From Phycisphaerales bacterium (lineage in GTDB: Bacteria; Planctomycetota; Phycisphaerae; Phycisphaerales; UBA1924): 64,000 bases of DNA. The stretch lies in contig OZ245777.1 of assembly GCA_965227775.1 (NCBI GenBank), positions 1,280,001 to 1,344,000 on the forward strand. The letters are read 5' to 3'. Shown in pieces: positions 31,593-40,534 of this stretch. Position numbers and translations under genes: made by a program. The notes under the pieces were generated by a model. It searched no databases, was not told where the DNA came from, and saw only the letters and a program-made list of their open reading frames with translations. Numbering within the stretch: position 1 is the stretch's first letter; each line of letters begins with the position of its first letter.

Positions 31593-32830
31593 GGGACGAT
31601 CCTGGCCGGCGCCTCCGGCTCCTTGATGGCCCGCTGCAGACGCAGCGCCTCTACGCGCTGGGTGAGTGTCCACAGGCGGATGAACCCGCCCGCGTGCTTC
31701 TGGTCGTACAGCGGGGTGTCGCTGAACGACGCGAGCCCGGGGTCGTAGATCGCCGCGTCGCAGCGACGCTGCTCGACCGTTGCGTTGCCCTTGGACAGGC
31801 GGACCACGACCTCGCCCGACAGACGTGAGGCCATCGACTCGGCAGCAGCGCTGATGGCCTGACGCAGCGGCGTGAACCACTTGCCGGCGTAGACGAGCTC
31901 GCCGAAAGTGGTCGCCATGTGCTCGCGGTAGCGGCGGACGTCGCGATCGAACGCGAGCTCTTCGAGGCCGCGCAGGGCGTTGATGAGCACCGTGCCCGCG
32001 GGAGTCTCGTACAGCCCGCGGCTCTTGATGCCGACGCAGCGGTTCTCGATGATGTCCACGCGGCCCACGCCGTGGCGGCCGGCGATCTCGTTGAGCTGCT
32101 CGATGAGCTCGACCCCGCCGAGCTCACTGCCATCGAGCGCGACGGGTCGACCATCTTCGAACGTCAGGCTTACGTGCTCGGGCGCATCGGGCGTGTCCTC
32201 GATGTTGCGGCTCATCATCCACACGTCGGCGGGCGCCGCATTCCACGGGTCCTCAATGGGTCCACCCTCGTGGGAGATGTGCCAGAGGTTGCGATCCCGG
32301 CTGAAGATCTTGGTAGCGCTCGCGGTGCTCTTGATGTCGCGTGCGGCGAGGTACTCGAGCAGGTCCTCGCGCGAGTGAAGGTCCCACAGGCGCCAGGGCG
32401 CGATGATCTCCATGTGCGGCGCGAGGGCGGCGTAGCCCGCTTCAAAGCGGATCTGGTCGTTGCCCTTGCCGGTGCACCCGTGGCAGACCGCGTCAGCGCC
32501 GACCTCCAGGGCGTACTCGACCTGGGCCTTCGCGATGACCGGCCGCGCCATGGCGGTGCCGAGCTGGTATGTTGTCTCGTACTGGCAGCCGGCAATGAGC
32601 GTGGGGAAGACGTACTCGTCGACAAACTCCTGCTTGAGGTCGGCGACCTTGCAGCTCTGGGCCCCGGTCGTGCGCGCCTTCTCGATGACGCCCTCGAGCT
32701 CTTCCTGGCCTTGCCCAACATCGGCGACGATGCAGTGTACCTCGAAGCCGTAGGTCTCCACCAGCCAGGGCACGATCGCCGAGGTGTCGAGGCCGCCGGA
32801 GTAGGCAAGGACGACCTTGCGCTGGGTCAT
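31589..32830 (-). CDS. argG: Argininosuccinate synthase
   Basis: LAYSGGLDTS, HGCTGKGNDQIRFE, SRDRNLWHISHEG and KSRGLYETP motifs. Confidence 0.97.
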
Positions 32831-33795
32831 GGGTTGGCTCCGTTCTCGCGCTGGTCGCCCAGCAGCATCGTGAGTAGTGCGTTCTGGGCGTGCATGCGGT
32901 TCTCGGCCTGCTCGTACACGAGTGACGTTGGTCCATCGATGACATCGTCGTCGACCTCGACGCCGCGGAAGGCCGGCAGGCAGTGCATGAACTTGGCGGG
33001 CTCGCGGCCCGCGGACGCCCTGGCCATCGCGTCGGCCGTCACGCGGTATCGCTGGAAGGCCTCAACGCGTTCGTCGCGCTCGCTCTCGCTGCCCATCGAT
33101 ACCCAGGTGTCGGTGTAGATGACGTCGTGGCCTTCGATGGCTGACGGGTCGCTCGCGAGCTCGACCGCGCCGTTGGCTGCTTCGGCCCGCTCGCGTGCGA
33201 GCCTGAGGATGGCGGGCTGCGGTTCGTAGGCGCTCGGCGCGACGATGGTGACGTGGGCCCCGAGGGCTGCCATGGTGAGCACGAGCGAGTTGCAGACGTT
33301 GTTCCCGTCGCCGATGTATGCGAGGCGCACACCCTCAACTCTGCCGCACGCGGCGCGGATCGTCATGGCGTCGCCCAGCGCCTGGCAAGGGTGCTCATAA
33401 TCGCTCAGCGCGTTGACGACGGGCACACGAGACACGCGGTCCATCTCTTGCAAGACCACGTGCCGTCGCACGCGGGCGACGATGGCGTCGGCGTATCGCT
33501 CCAGCGTGCGCGTGAAGTCAACGATCGACTCGCGATCGCCCAGCGGCGAGGCCGACTGGTCGAGGTAGGTCACGTTGGCGCCCAGGCGCGAGAGGCCAAC
33601 ATCGAAGCTCGTGCGCGTGCGCAGCGAGGGCTTCTCGAACACGAGCGCGACGGCCTTGTTTTCCAGTGTGTGGCCGGGTGCGGGCCAGGCGGCGCGCATG
33701 TCGTCGGCGCGATCGATGACGGCCCGGATGCCGTGGGCGTCGAGCTGGGCCGACGAGAGCAGGCTCTTGGGCAGTGCCGTTGTCGCCTTAGCCAT
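32827..33795 (-). CDS. argF: Ornithine carbamoyltransferase
   Basis: FEKPSLRTR, HPCQAL, GDGNNV, DTWVSMG, HCLP and QAENR motifs. Confidence 0.93.
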   Translation of the reverse strand: MAKATTALPKSLLSSAQLDAHGIRAVIDRADDMRAAWPAPGHTLENKAVALVFEKPSLRTRTSFDVGLSRLGANVTYLDQSASPLGDRESIVDFTRTLERYADAIVARVRRHVVLQEMDRVSRVPVVNALSDYEHPCQALGDAMTIRAACGRVEGVRLAYIGDGNNVCNSLVLTMAALGAHVTIVAPSAYEPQPAILRLARERAEAANGAVELASDPSAIEGHDVIYTDTWVSMGSESERDERVEAFQRYRVTADAMARASAGREPAKFMHCLPAFRGVEVDDDVIDGPTSLVYEQAENRMHAQNALLTMLLGDQRENGANP

Positions 33796-34612
33796 GGCCG
33801 GCCCCGAGCGAGGCGGGCTTGCCGTCGCGGATGATGGTTCCGCCCGGGGCGGTGGGGTCTCGCCACCACGCCGCGTCGGCGTCGGCCCAGGCGGCGATGC
33901 GGACTGGCGCGTGCAGCCGTGCGGCCATGTCAACGGCCGCACGCACCTTGACGATCATGCCGCCGGCGATGATTCCCCCGTCGATCAGCCGTTCGATCTC
34001 GCCGCGGTCGAGCTGCTCGATCAGCCCGCCGTCGGCATCGAGCACGCCGGGCGTGTCGGTGAGCAGCACGAGCTGGCTTGCGCCGAGCGCTACGGCCACG
34101 CCCGCTGCGGCGTCATCGGCGTTGACGTTGAGTGGCTGGCCGTCGTCGTCGCCGCCCACGCACGAGATGACTGGCAGCACGCCCGAGCCCATGAGCGCGA
34201 GTACGCCGTCGACATCGTGCGCGTCTTCGTCTGGCTCGACGACGCCCACACGGCCGAGGTCGACGCCGTCGACTGGCTTGTGCAGCCGGCAGCGGATGCC
34301 GGCGCCGGTGAGCGTGAGCCCGGCACAGGTGACGTCTCGTGAGACAAGTGCGCCAACGAGGGCATGGTTCACGTTGCCGCCCACGGCGGCGATCATCTCG
34401 CGCATGGTCTGCTCGTCGGTCACGCGTAGGCCCTGCACGCGTTGGGGCTCGATGCCCAGGCGCTCGAGCCGCGTGTCGATGGCGTTACCCCCGCCGTGCA
34501 CGATGACGAGTCGCTCGTGGGCGGCCAGCTGTGCGAGGGCGTCGATGATGGGTTCGCGGTCGACGGCCGCGTCCACGCCGCGCCCGCCGAGCTTGACGAC
34601 GACTGCATTCAT
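33788..34612 (-). CDS. argB: Acetylglutamate kinase
   Basis: VVKLGG, VHGGG, GLRVTD, NVNAD and GGMIVKV motifs. Confidence 0.93.
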   Translation of the reverse strand: MNAVVVKLGGRGVDAAVDREPIIDALAQLAAHERLVIVHGGGNAIDTRLERLGIEPQRVQGLRVTDEQTMREMIAAVGGNVNHALVGALVSRDVTCAGLTLTGAGIRCRLHKPVDGVDLGRVGVVEPDEDAHDVDGVLALMGSGVLPVISCVGGDDDGQPLNVNADDAAAGVAVALGASQLVLLTDTPGVLDADGGLIEQLDRGEIERLIDGGIIAGGMIVKVRAAVDMAARLHAPVRIAAWADADAAWWRDPTAPGGTIIRDGKPASLGAGHG

Positions 34613-35664
34613 GTGACTTCCTCGGGCGTGATGGTCGTTGTGGTGTGGTGGGGGGGCAGTCCGGCTCGTTCATCCAGGCCCAGGCGGATGTTGACGGCCT
34701 GCAACGCCTGGCCCGATGCGCCCTTGAGCAGGTTGTCGAGCGAGCATGCCAGGACGGCGTGGTTCGATTGGCCGTCAAATGCGAACGCGATGTCGGCAAA
34801 GTTCGTCCGTTCGACGCCCGCCACACTCGGCCACTGACCCTTCGGCAGGACGCGGACGAAGCTCGCGTCGGTGTACGCGGATTCGAGGCATGCGCGCAGG
34901 TCGGCTTCCGTCGTTCCTGGAGTGAGATCGATGTGCACGAGCGCGAGCATGCCGCGGAAGAACGGCGCGACGCTGGGCGTGAAGAGCACGCGGACACCTG
35001 CGTGGGACGAGATTTCGGGCTGGTGGCGGTGCGCGAAGACGTTGTAGGGGCCCAGGCTCACCTCGCCGAAGATGGTGCGATGGTTGGGCGATCGGCCCGC
35101 GCCGCTGATGCCGCTCACGGCGTCGATGATGGGCGTCGAGTTCTGGGCGAGCCGGCCCGACTTGGCTAATGGCAGCAGCGGCAGGAGGCTGGCCGTTGGA
35201 TAGCAGCCCGGGCACGAGAGCAGGTTTGCACGCTCGATGGCGCTGCGGTTGTGCTCGGGCAGCGCGTAGGCCGCGGCTTCAAGCAAGTCTGGCGCTGGGT
35301 GATCAAAGCCGTAGGCGGTGGGGTAGCTTGCGGCGGGCAATCGAAAAGCGCCGGAGAGATCGGCGACGATCGGGCACTGGCCCAGCAGCGCGGGCGCGAG
35401 GGTGGCGCTGGCCTCGTGGGGCGTGCAGAGGAAGGCGACCTGCGGCGAGCAGGCGAGGATTGTGTCGGGCTCGCCCGATGCGAAGACGGCGTCGGTCCGC
35501 CCGCGAAGATCAGGAAACACGTCTCCGACACGCTGACCGACGTTCTGCCCGCCCGGCGAGGCAAAGACGCCGGTGAGTTCGAGCGAAGGATGGGCCAGGA
35601 CCAGGCGGATGAGCTCGAGCCCCGTGTACCCGGTCGCCCCGGCGATGGCGACGGAGATGCTCAT
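34609..35664 (-). CDS. argC: N-acetyl-gamma-glutamyl-phosphate reductase
   Basis: GATGYTG, DLSGAFRL, PGCYPT, SGISGAGR, HRHQPEI and DNLLKGASGQA motifs. Confidence 0.95.
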   Translation of the reverse strand: MSISVAIAGATGYTGLELIRLVLAHPSLELTGVFASPGGQNVGQRVGDVFPDLRGRTDAVFASGEPDTILACSPQVAFLCTPHEASATLAPALLGQCPIVADLSGAFRLPAASYPTAYGFDHPAPDLLEAAAYALPEHNRSAIERANLLSCPGCYPTASLLPLLPLAKSGRLAQNSTPIIDAVSGISGAGRSPNHRTIFGEVSLGPYNVFAHRHQPEISSHAGVRVLFTPSVAPFFRGMLALVHIDLTPGTTEADLRACLESAYTDASFVRVLPKGQWPSVAGVERTNFADIAFAFDGQSNHAVLACSLDNLLKGASGQALQAVNIRLGLDERAGLPPHHTTTTITPEEVT

Positions 35665-35808
35665 CGAGCCGCGATCTCGCGGAGGGAGGGGTGGAACTGG
35701 CTGGCGGCGTGGGGGCTCATGGCGCCGTAGCGTATTGGGGCGGGCGGCCAACTGCAAGCGACGCGGCCGCACCCTAAGGCGGCGGCCCCCCGCCGGGAGA
35801 GAACTGCG

Positions 35809-36180
35809 ATGAAGCACTCAGCGAAGTTTCTGGCAATCGTGGACGACGCCCGCAGCCGCATCGAGGAGTGCACCGTCGGCGATGTTGAGAAGATGCGGGC
35901 CGATGGCGATGCGTTCGAGCTCATTGATGTGCGTGAAGAGAGCGAGTTTGCGAAGGGAAGGCTGCCCGGCGCACGCCACATCGGCAAGGGCGTCATCGAG
36001 CGCGATGCGGAGTCGATGCTGCCCGATACCGAGGCTCGGATCGTTCTCTACTGTGGGGGGGGCTACCGCTCGGCTCTGGCGGCGGACAACCTGCAGAAGA
36101 TGGGCTACCGCAACGTCGTCTCGATGGACGGCGGCTATCGTGGCTGGAACGAGGCGGGCCTGCCCACAGAAACGCCCTGA
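35809..36180 (+). CDS. Rhodanese-like domain protein
   Basis: LIDVREESE, YCGGGYRSALAA and SMDGGYRGW motifs. Confidence 0.92.
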   Translation: MKHSAKFLAIVDDARSRIEECTVGDVEKMRADGDAFELIDVREESEFAKGRLPGARHIGKGVIERDAESMLPDTEARIVLYCGGGYRSALAADNLQKMGYRNVVSMDGGYRGWNEAGLPTETP

Positions 36181-36190
36181 GCGAATCTGC

Positions 36191-36415
36191 CTAGCGATCT
36201 TCGCGAGCGATGCGGGGCTGGTTGAGGGCCGGGGGCGTGGCCTGCCAGACCAAGGGGGCATACGCGCTTGCCTGCGGCGGGCCATCGGGCCGCGAAGCGC
36301 TTGAGCAGCCACAGAGCACGCAGCCCGCCCCAAGGGCAAGCATCGCAAGAAGGGCCGGACGACGAGCCAGGCCGGCGACTTGGCTGGAGCGTGCTGGGCG
36401 GTGTTGCGTGCTCAT
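36191..36415 (-). CDS. Possible small lipoprotein (74 aa)
   Basis: Basic N-region, hydrophobic stretch and LCGC lipobox-like motif; no recognisable family. Confidence 0.35.
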   Translation of the reverse strand: MSTQHRPARSSQVAGLARRPALLAMLALGAGCVLCGCSSASRPDGPPQASAYAPLVWQATPPALNQPRIAREDR

Positions 36416-36768
36416 ATAACCGATTGCGTCCTTCCAGGCGGACCAGCGCAGTCTTGTGGTGATTGGTAACGCGGGCCTCGGCGTGTCGTGCGGGCCCAAG
36501 CCAATTGGGCGATGCTGTAGGTTCGCTTCGGAGTGGCCCGGGGCCCATCCGGGGGGCCGATCATCGGGCAAAAGGGCGCCTCGGCATCGGCAGAACTGGA
36601 AGAGATTGCCCGGCTTGTGCGGCTGGGTCGCCGTTGACCGGCCTTGAGCCTGTCGTACGATGCCTGCCATCGCAGGGTTCATCGAGGCTGCTCGGGATAT
36701 CGCTGTACGCAATGTCCCGAATGTCGTTGGGAGCCGAACCGCTCGCGATCCGGCACGAGGACCGCTCC

Positions 36769-37644
36769 ATGATTCGCACGGCGTTCAGTACGGTTGCCTG
36801 CCCCAAGTGGACCCTGCAGCGCGTTGCGCGAACCGCGGCCGAGTTGGGGTTCGATGGCGTGGACTTGCGGACCTTCGGCTTCGACTCACGCACGTTCGTG
36901 TGCGATCCGCTCATGACCGGCGCCCAAAAGGTGACCGACACGTTTGGCGACCTTGGTGTAGATGTGTGCGGGCTGGCGACTTCGATCTCGCTCGATGAGC
37001 CCGTCCGGCCGCACGTGGTCGGGCGCACGTTCCTGTTTGATCAGGAACGCACGACGCGGCATGCGACCCGCATGGTGGACTACGCGTCGATGGTGGGCGC
37101 GCCGTATGTGCGGGTGTTCGGCTTCGAGGTGCCCGAGGGCGAGAAGCGCACGACGTCGGTCCGGCTGATTGCGAACCGGCTCGGCGCGATCGCCGACCAC
37201 GCTCGGCATCGCGGCGTGACGATCGTGCTGGAGAACGGCGGGAGCTTCCGCACCGCCGAAGATCTGCGCGAGATCGTGGACATGGTCGATAGCCCGCTCT
37301 TGGCCGCTTGCTACAACAGCGCGGTGGGACACGCGGCGGGTGACGATTACGGCAAGGCTATTCGCACGCTCGGGCGTCGGTTGAAGTTTGCCCGCCTGAA
37401 GGACGTTGGTGACGAGGGCTGCGTGCCGCTCGGAACCGGCCGGACCGATGCCGAGGGCTTCGTGAAGGCGCTGCAGTCGTACGGCCACTTCGACGGCTGG
37501 CTGTGCTACGAGTGGGATCGCGCCTGGGACGATTCACTTGCGGCGGCCGAAGATGTGCTGCCCGAGGCCATTCGCACGATCTACGGCTGGCTTGGCGCCA
37601 CCGGCAGCAAGGCCGGCGCGCGGCAGGCGGCCGGGGCGGTCTAA
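36769..37644 (+). CDS. Sugar phosphate isomerase/epimerase (xylose isomerase-like TIM barrel)
   Basis: AFSTVACPKW, GFDGVDLR, VRVFG, VLEN, LKD and GWLCYEW motifs; GAGG RBS. Confidence 0.82.
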   Translation: MIRTAFSTVACPKWTLQRVARTAAELGFDGVDLRTFGFDSRTFVCDPLMTGAQKVTDTFGDLGVDVCGLATSISLDEPVRPHVVGRTFLFDQERTTRHATRMVDYASMVGAPYVRVFGFEVPEGEKRTTSVRLIANRLGAIADHARHRGVTIVLENGGSFRTAEDLREIVDMVDSPLLAACYNSAVGHAAGDDYGKAIRTLGRRLKFARLKDVGDEGCVPLGTGRTDAEGFVKALQSYGHFDGWLCYEWDRAWDDSLAAAEDVLPEAIRTIYGWLGATGSKAGARQAAGAV

Positions 37645-37675
37645 CGCTACGAACCGTCGCGAACGCACGAGCCTG

Positions 37676-38722
37676 GTGCTGCAGCGTTGCCGCGAGCTTG
37701 GCTTCGCGCTCGCGGGCATCGCTCCCGTTGGGCCCATGAAGCGCGAGCCGGAGATGCGAGCGTGGCTCGCCCATGGCAAGCACGGCTCGATGGCGTACCT
37801 GGCCGAGCACGCCGACCTCAAGGCCGACCCATCACAACTGCTCGACGGCGCAACGTGCGCGATCATGGTTGCGGACCTGTACGCGACGCGCGATGATGAG
37901 CCCGATGACGTTCCCGACGGACATGGGCGTATCGCCCGCTATGCGCGGGGCGGCGACTATCACACCGTCATGAAGAAGCGCTTGCACACACTGTGCGACG
38001 AGCTTTCGGAGCGTTGGCCTGATGCGCGAACTCGGGCGTTCGTCGACACGGCACCGGTGCACGAGCGTGAGCTCGCGCTCGCGGCGGGGCTCGGGTGGAT
38101 CGGCAAGCACACCCTGCTGATCCATCCGAGGGTTGGCAGTTGGATGCTCCTTGGCGGCGTCCTAACCACGCTGGAGCTCGACGTCAACGAGCATGAGGAG
38201 CCCGACCACTGCGGCACGTGCACGCGGTGCATCGACGCGTGCCCAACGGACGCGATCACGCCATATGGCGTGGACGCGTCGCGTTGCATCAGCTACCTGA
38301 CGATCGAGCGGCGAGGGCCGATCGACCCAGACCTGCAGCAGGGCATGGAGAACTGGGTGTTCGGTTGCGACATCTGCCAGGAGGTGTGCCCGCACAACTC
38401 CCCTCGCAGCGGTGACGTCGGCGAACGACTCGAGGCGTACGAGCCTGCGCGTGGGGAGTTTGATTTGGCCCAGGTACTGGGATGGGACGAAGACGCGCGG
38501 CGGGCGGCGTTTGCCGGGAGCGCCATGAAGCGGGCGAAGCTGGGCATGATGCACCGTAACGCCGTGATCGCTGCGGGCAACGAGATTCAGCGGCTCGGGC
38601 GCGTTCACCCGGTGTCACAGGGTCTGCTGGACGCGTTGCGTGAAGTCATCGAGAACACCAAAGAAGAACCGTCGCTCCGGGAGTTGGCCGGCGCGACGGT
38701 TCGTCGTGTGACAGGAGGCTGA
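37676..38722 (+). CDS. queG: tRNA epoxyqueuosine(34) reductase QueG
   Basis: IARYARGGDYH, VDTAPVHER, AGLGWIGK, CGTCTRCIDACPT and FGCDICQEVCP motifs. Start position uncertain. Confidence 0.93.
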   Translation: MLQRCRELGFALAGIAPVGPMKREPEMRAWLAHGKHGSMAYLAEHADLKADPSQLLDGATCAIMVADLYATRDDEPDDVPDGHGRIARYARGGDYHTVMKKRLHTLCDELSERWPDARTRAFVDTAPVHERELALAAGLGWIGKHTLLIHPRVGSWMLLGGVLTTLELDVNEHEEPDHCGTCTRCIDACPTDAITPYGVDASRCISYLTIERRGPIDPDLQQGMENWVFGCDICQEVCPHNSPRSGDVGERLEAYEPARGEFDLAQVLGWDEDARRAAFAGSAMKRAKLGMMHRNAVIAAGNEIQRLGRVHPVSQGLLDALREVIENTKEEPSLRELAGATVRRVTGG

Positions 38723-38725
38723 GGA

Positions 38726-40534
38726 TTACCGCCCGAGCGGGACGGGTGAGGCCTCGCTCGTTGGTTCGAGCGTGAAGGTACGTTCGATGTCCTTGGCCTT
38801 CTCGGCCTCGTAGCGGAGCGTGAACGTGGCGCCCTCGTTGCCGCGCACGATGTAGCGGACGATGGCCTGATCCATGCCGCCAATCCCCTCGTTGAGCTGG
38901 ATGCGCTCGGGCTCGAAGCGGACTTCCTGCATCTGGCGATCGTTGAAGTCGCGCAGCTTGCCGGCGGTGATGACCTCGGCGTTGGTGCCGTCGAAGATCA
39001 TCAGGTCGTTCTGGCCGATGTTGTTGCGGCGAGCGAGGCTCAGGCGCGTGGGGATGTGCCGCTCGTTGCGCACGGCGACGTCGATCTGCCAGAGGCCGGG
39101 CGAGAGCTGCTCGATGTCGACCCGGCCGAATCGCAGCAGCGGCATCTGCCGGGCGTGGAACATGGTGAACGCGAAGTTGCGGTGGGCTTCTTCTTCGAGC
39201 ATGAAGGGAGGCGTCTGTCGCGAACCCCAGCGATTCGAGCCGCCGACGAGGATGGTGCCATACTCGGGATGCTCGATCTCGGTGTACTCGGAAAACTCGT
39301 TGCCGAAGACGATGTGGTCTCGCCAGAGCCACAGCTGGTCTTCGGTCTCGCGGGCAGCCTCACCCTGGAAGCGCTTGGCGTTGATCCAGAGCTCATTCGT
39401 AAAGCTAACGATGCCAAGGGACTCGGCCATCCAGGTGACTTGGCCGCCGTGCACGTTGTAGAGGTCTTCCCAGATGACCCAGTCACGGTAGTACGGCAGC
39501 ATCTGTGCGCCGTCGGTCGCAATGGCGTCGTACACACGCGAATCTGCCCGGTCATAGAGGTTCGCGCGGTAGCTGGTACCCGGGCCGCGCAGCACCATGC
39601 CGCCCGTGTTGTGGTAGCTCTGGCCGGCGGCGATGTTGGGATGATCGATGATAAAACGCCCGATGCCGTGGGTCTCGGGGGCGCTAAAGGGGAACGGGCC
39701 CGCGCCGCGCTGGGTGTACGTCGGCTGCCAGTCGCCCGGCCAGTTGCGGTTCATGTCGTCTGCGAAGACGGTGTCCTCGTTGATGCGACCGTCACCGTCG
39801 TTGTCGATGCCCTCCATGCCGAGGTATTCCCAGTCGCCCTGCTGATCGGGGCCCACGCGCCTGAAGCGGCGAGGGTCATCGGGGTCGCGGCGCCAGCCAC
39901 CGCCGACGCGTTCGCGCCACATCTGGGTGATCGAGCCGTCGCCGTCGAGGTCGTCGTAACCATCCTCGTCGATCAGGCCGTCGCGGTCGTTATCAACCGG
40001 GCGCTGGTTGGTGCGGCTGGAGTTTGGTGAGTTGGGCTCGGTGAACCACCACGCGCGGCCGTCGGGGTTGGCAACAGGCACGAAGTAGAAGCTGGCGTTC
40101 TCAAGCAGCTCGGTCAGGCGCTCGTTTGAGCCTTGGCTCTCGAGCAGCTTCCACATCGAGTACAGCACGGTCTCGGCGGCTTGGATCTCGTTGCCATGGA
40201 TGTTGCCGTCGATGTACATCGCGGGCTTGTCAGTGTGGTCGCCCGTCGCCGGGTTGTTGACGATCGCGAGCCACACGTCGCGGCCTTGCAGGCTCTTGCC
40301 CAGGCTGCGCAGCTCGATGAAGTCCGGATAGGCCTCGGCCATCCGTCGGAGGATGTCCTCGACCTGCTCGAAGTCGTAGTAGCGATTCCACGCGATATCG
40401 ACCGTGTAGTTGGGGTTGTGGCGGTGGGTGCCATCTTCGGCCGCGGGTGGCGACTGCTGGGTCTGGGCGAGCGCCGGCGCGGCGGCGAGGGCGGCGAGGA
40501 GCGCAGCGGTCTTGACGTTGGGGAACTGCTTCAT
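38726..40534 (-). CDS. M14 zinc carboxypeptidase, secreted, with DxDxDG Ca-binding insert
   Basis: GNIHGNE (HxxE), NPDG, DMNRNW, SYHN and FTNE motifs; signal peptide; ATGA overlap with the upstream paralog. Confidence 0.88.
   Translation of the reverse strand: MKQFPNVKTAALLAALAAAPALAQTQQSPPAAEDGTHRHNPNYTVDIAWNRYYDFEQVEDILRRMAEAYPDFIELRSLGKSLQGRDVWLAIVNNPATGDHTDKPAMYIDGNIHGNEIQAAETVLYSMWKLLESQGSNERLTELLENASFYFVPVANPDGRAWWFTEPNSPNSSRTNQRPVDNDRDGLIDEDGYDDLDGDGSITQMWRERVGGGWRRDPDDPRRFRRVGPDQQGDWEYLGMEGIDNDGDGRINEDTVFADDMNRNWPGDWQPTYTQRGAGPFPFSAPETHGIGRFIIDHPNIAAGQSYHNTGGMVLRGPGTSYRANLYDRADSRVYDAIATDGAQMLPYYRDWVIWEDLYNVHGGQVTWMAESLGIVSFTNELWINAKRFQGEAARETEDQLWLWRDHIVFGNEFSEYTEIEHPEYGTILVGGSNRWGSRQTPPFMLEEEAHRNFAFTMFHARQMPLLRFGRVDIEQLSPGLWQIDVAVRNERHIPTRLSLARRNNIGQNDLMIFDGTNAEVITAGKLRDFNDRQMQEVRFEPERIQLNEGIGGMDQAIVRYIVRGNEGATFTLRYEAEKAKDIERTFTLEPTSEASPVPLGR

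Noticed and set aside
32827..33795. SLRT motif suggesting N-acetyl/N-succinyl-ornithine transcarbamylase
   Set aside because: The ornithine-binding DxxxSMG loop (DTWVSMG) and HCLP are intact, which fits a canonical OTCase.
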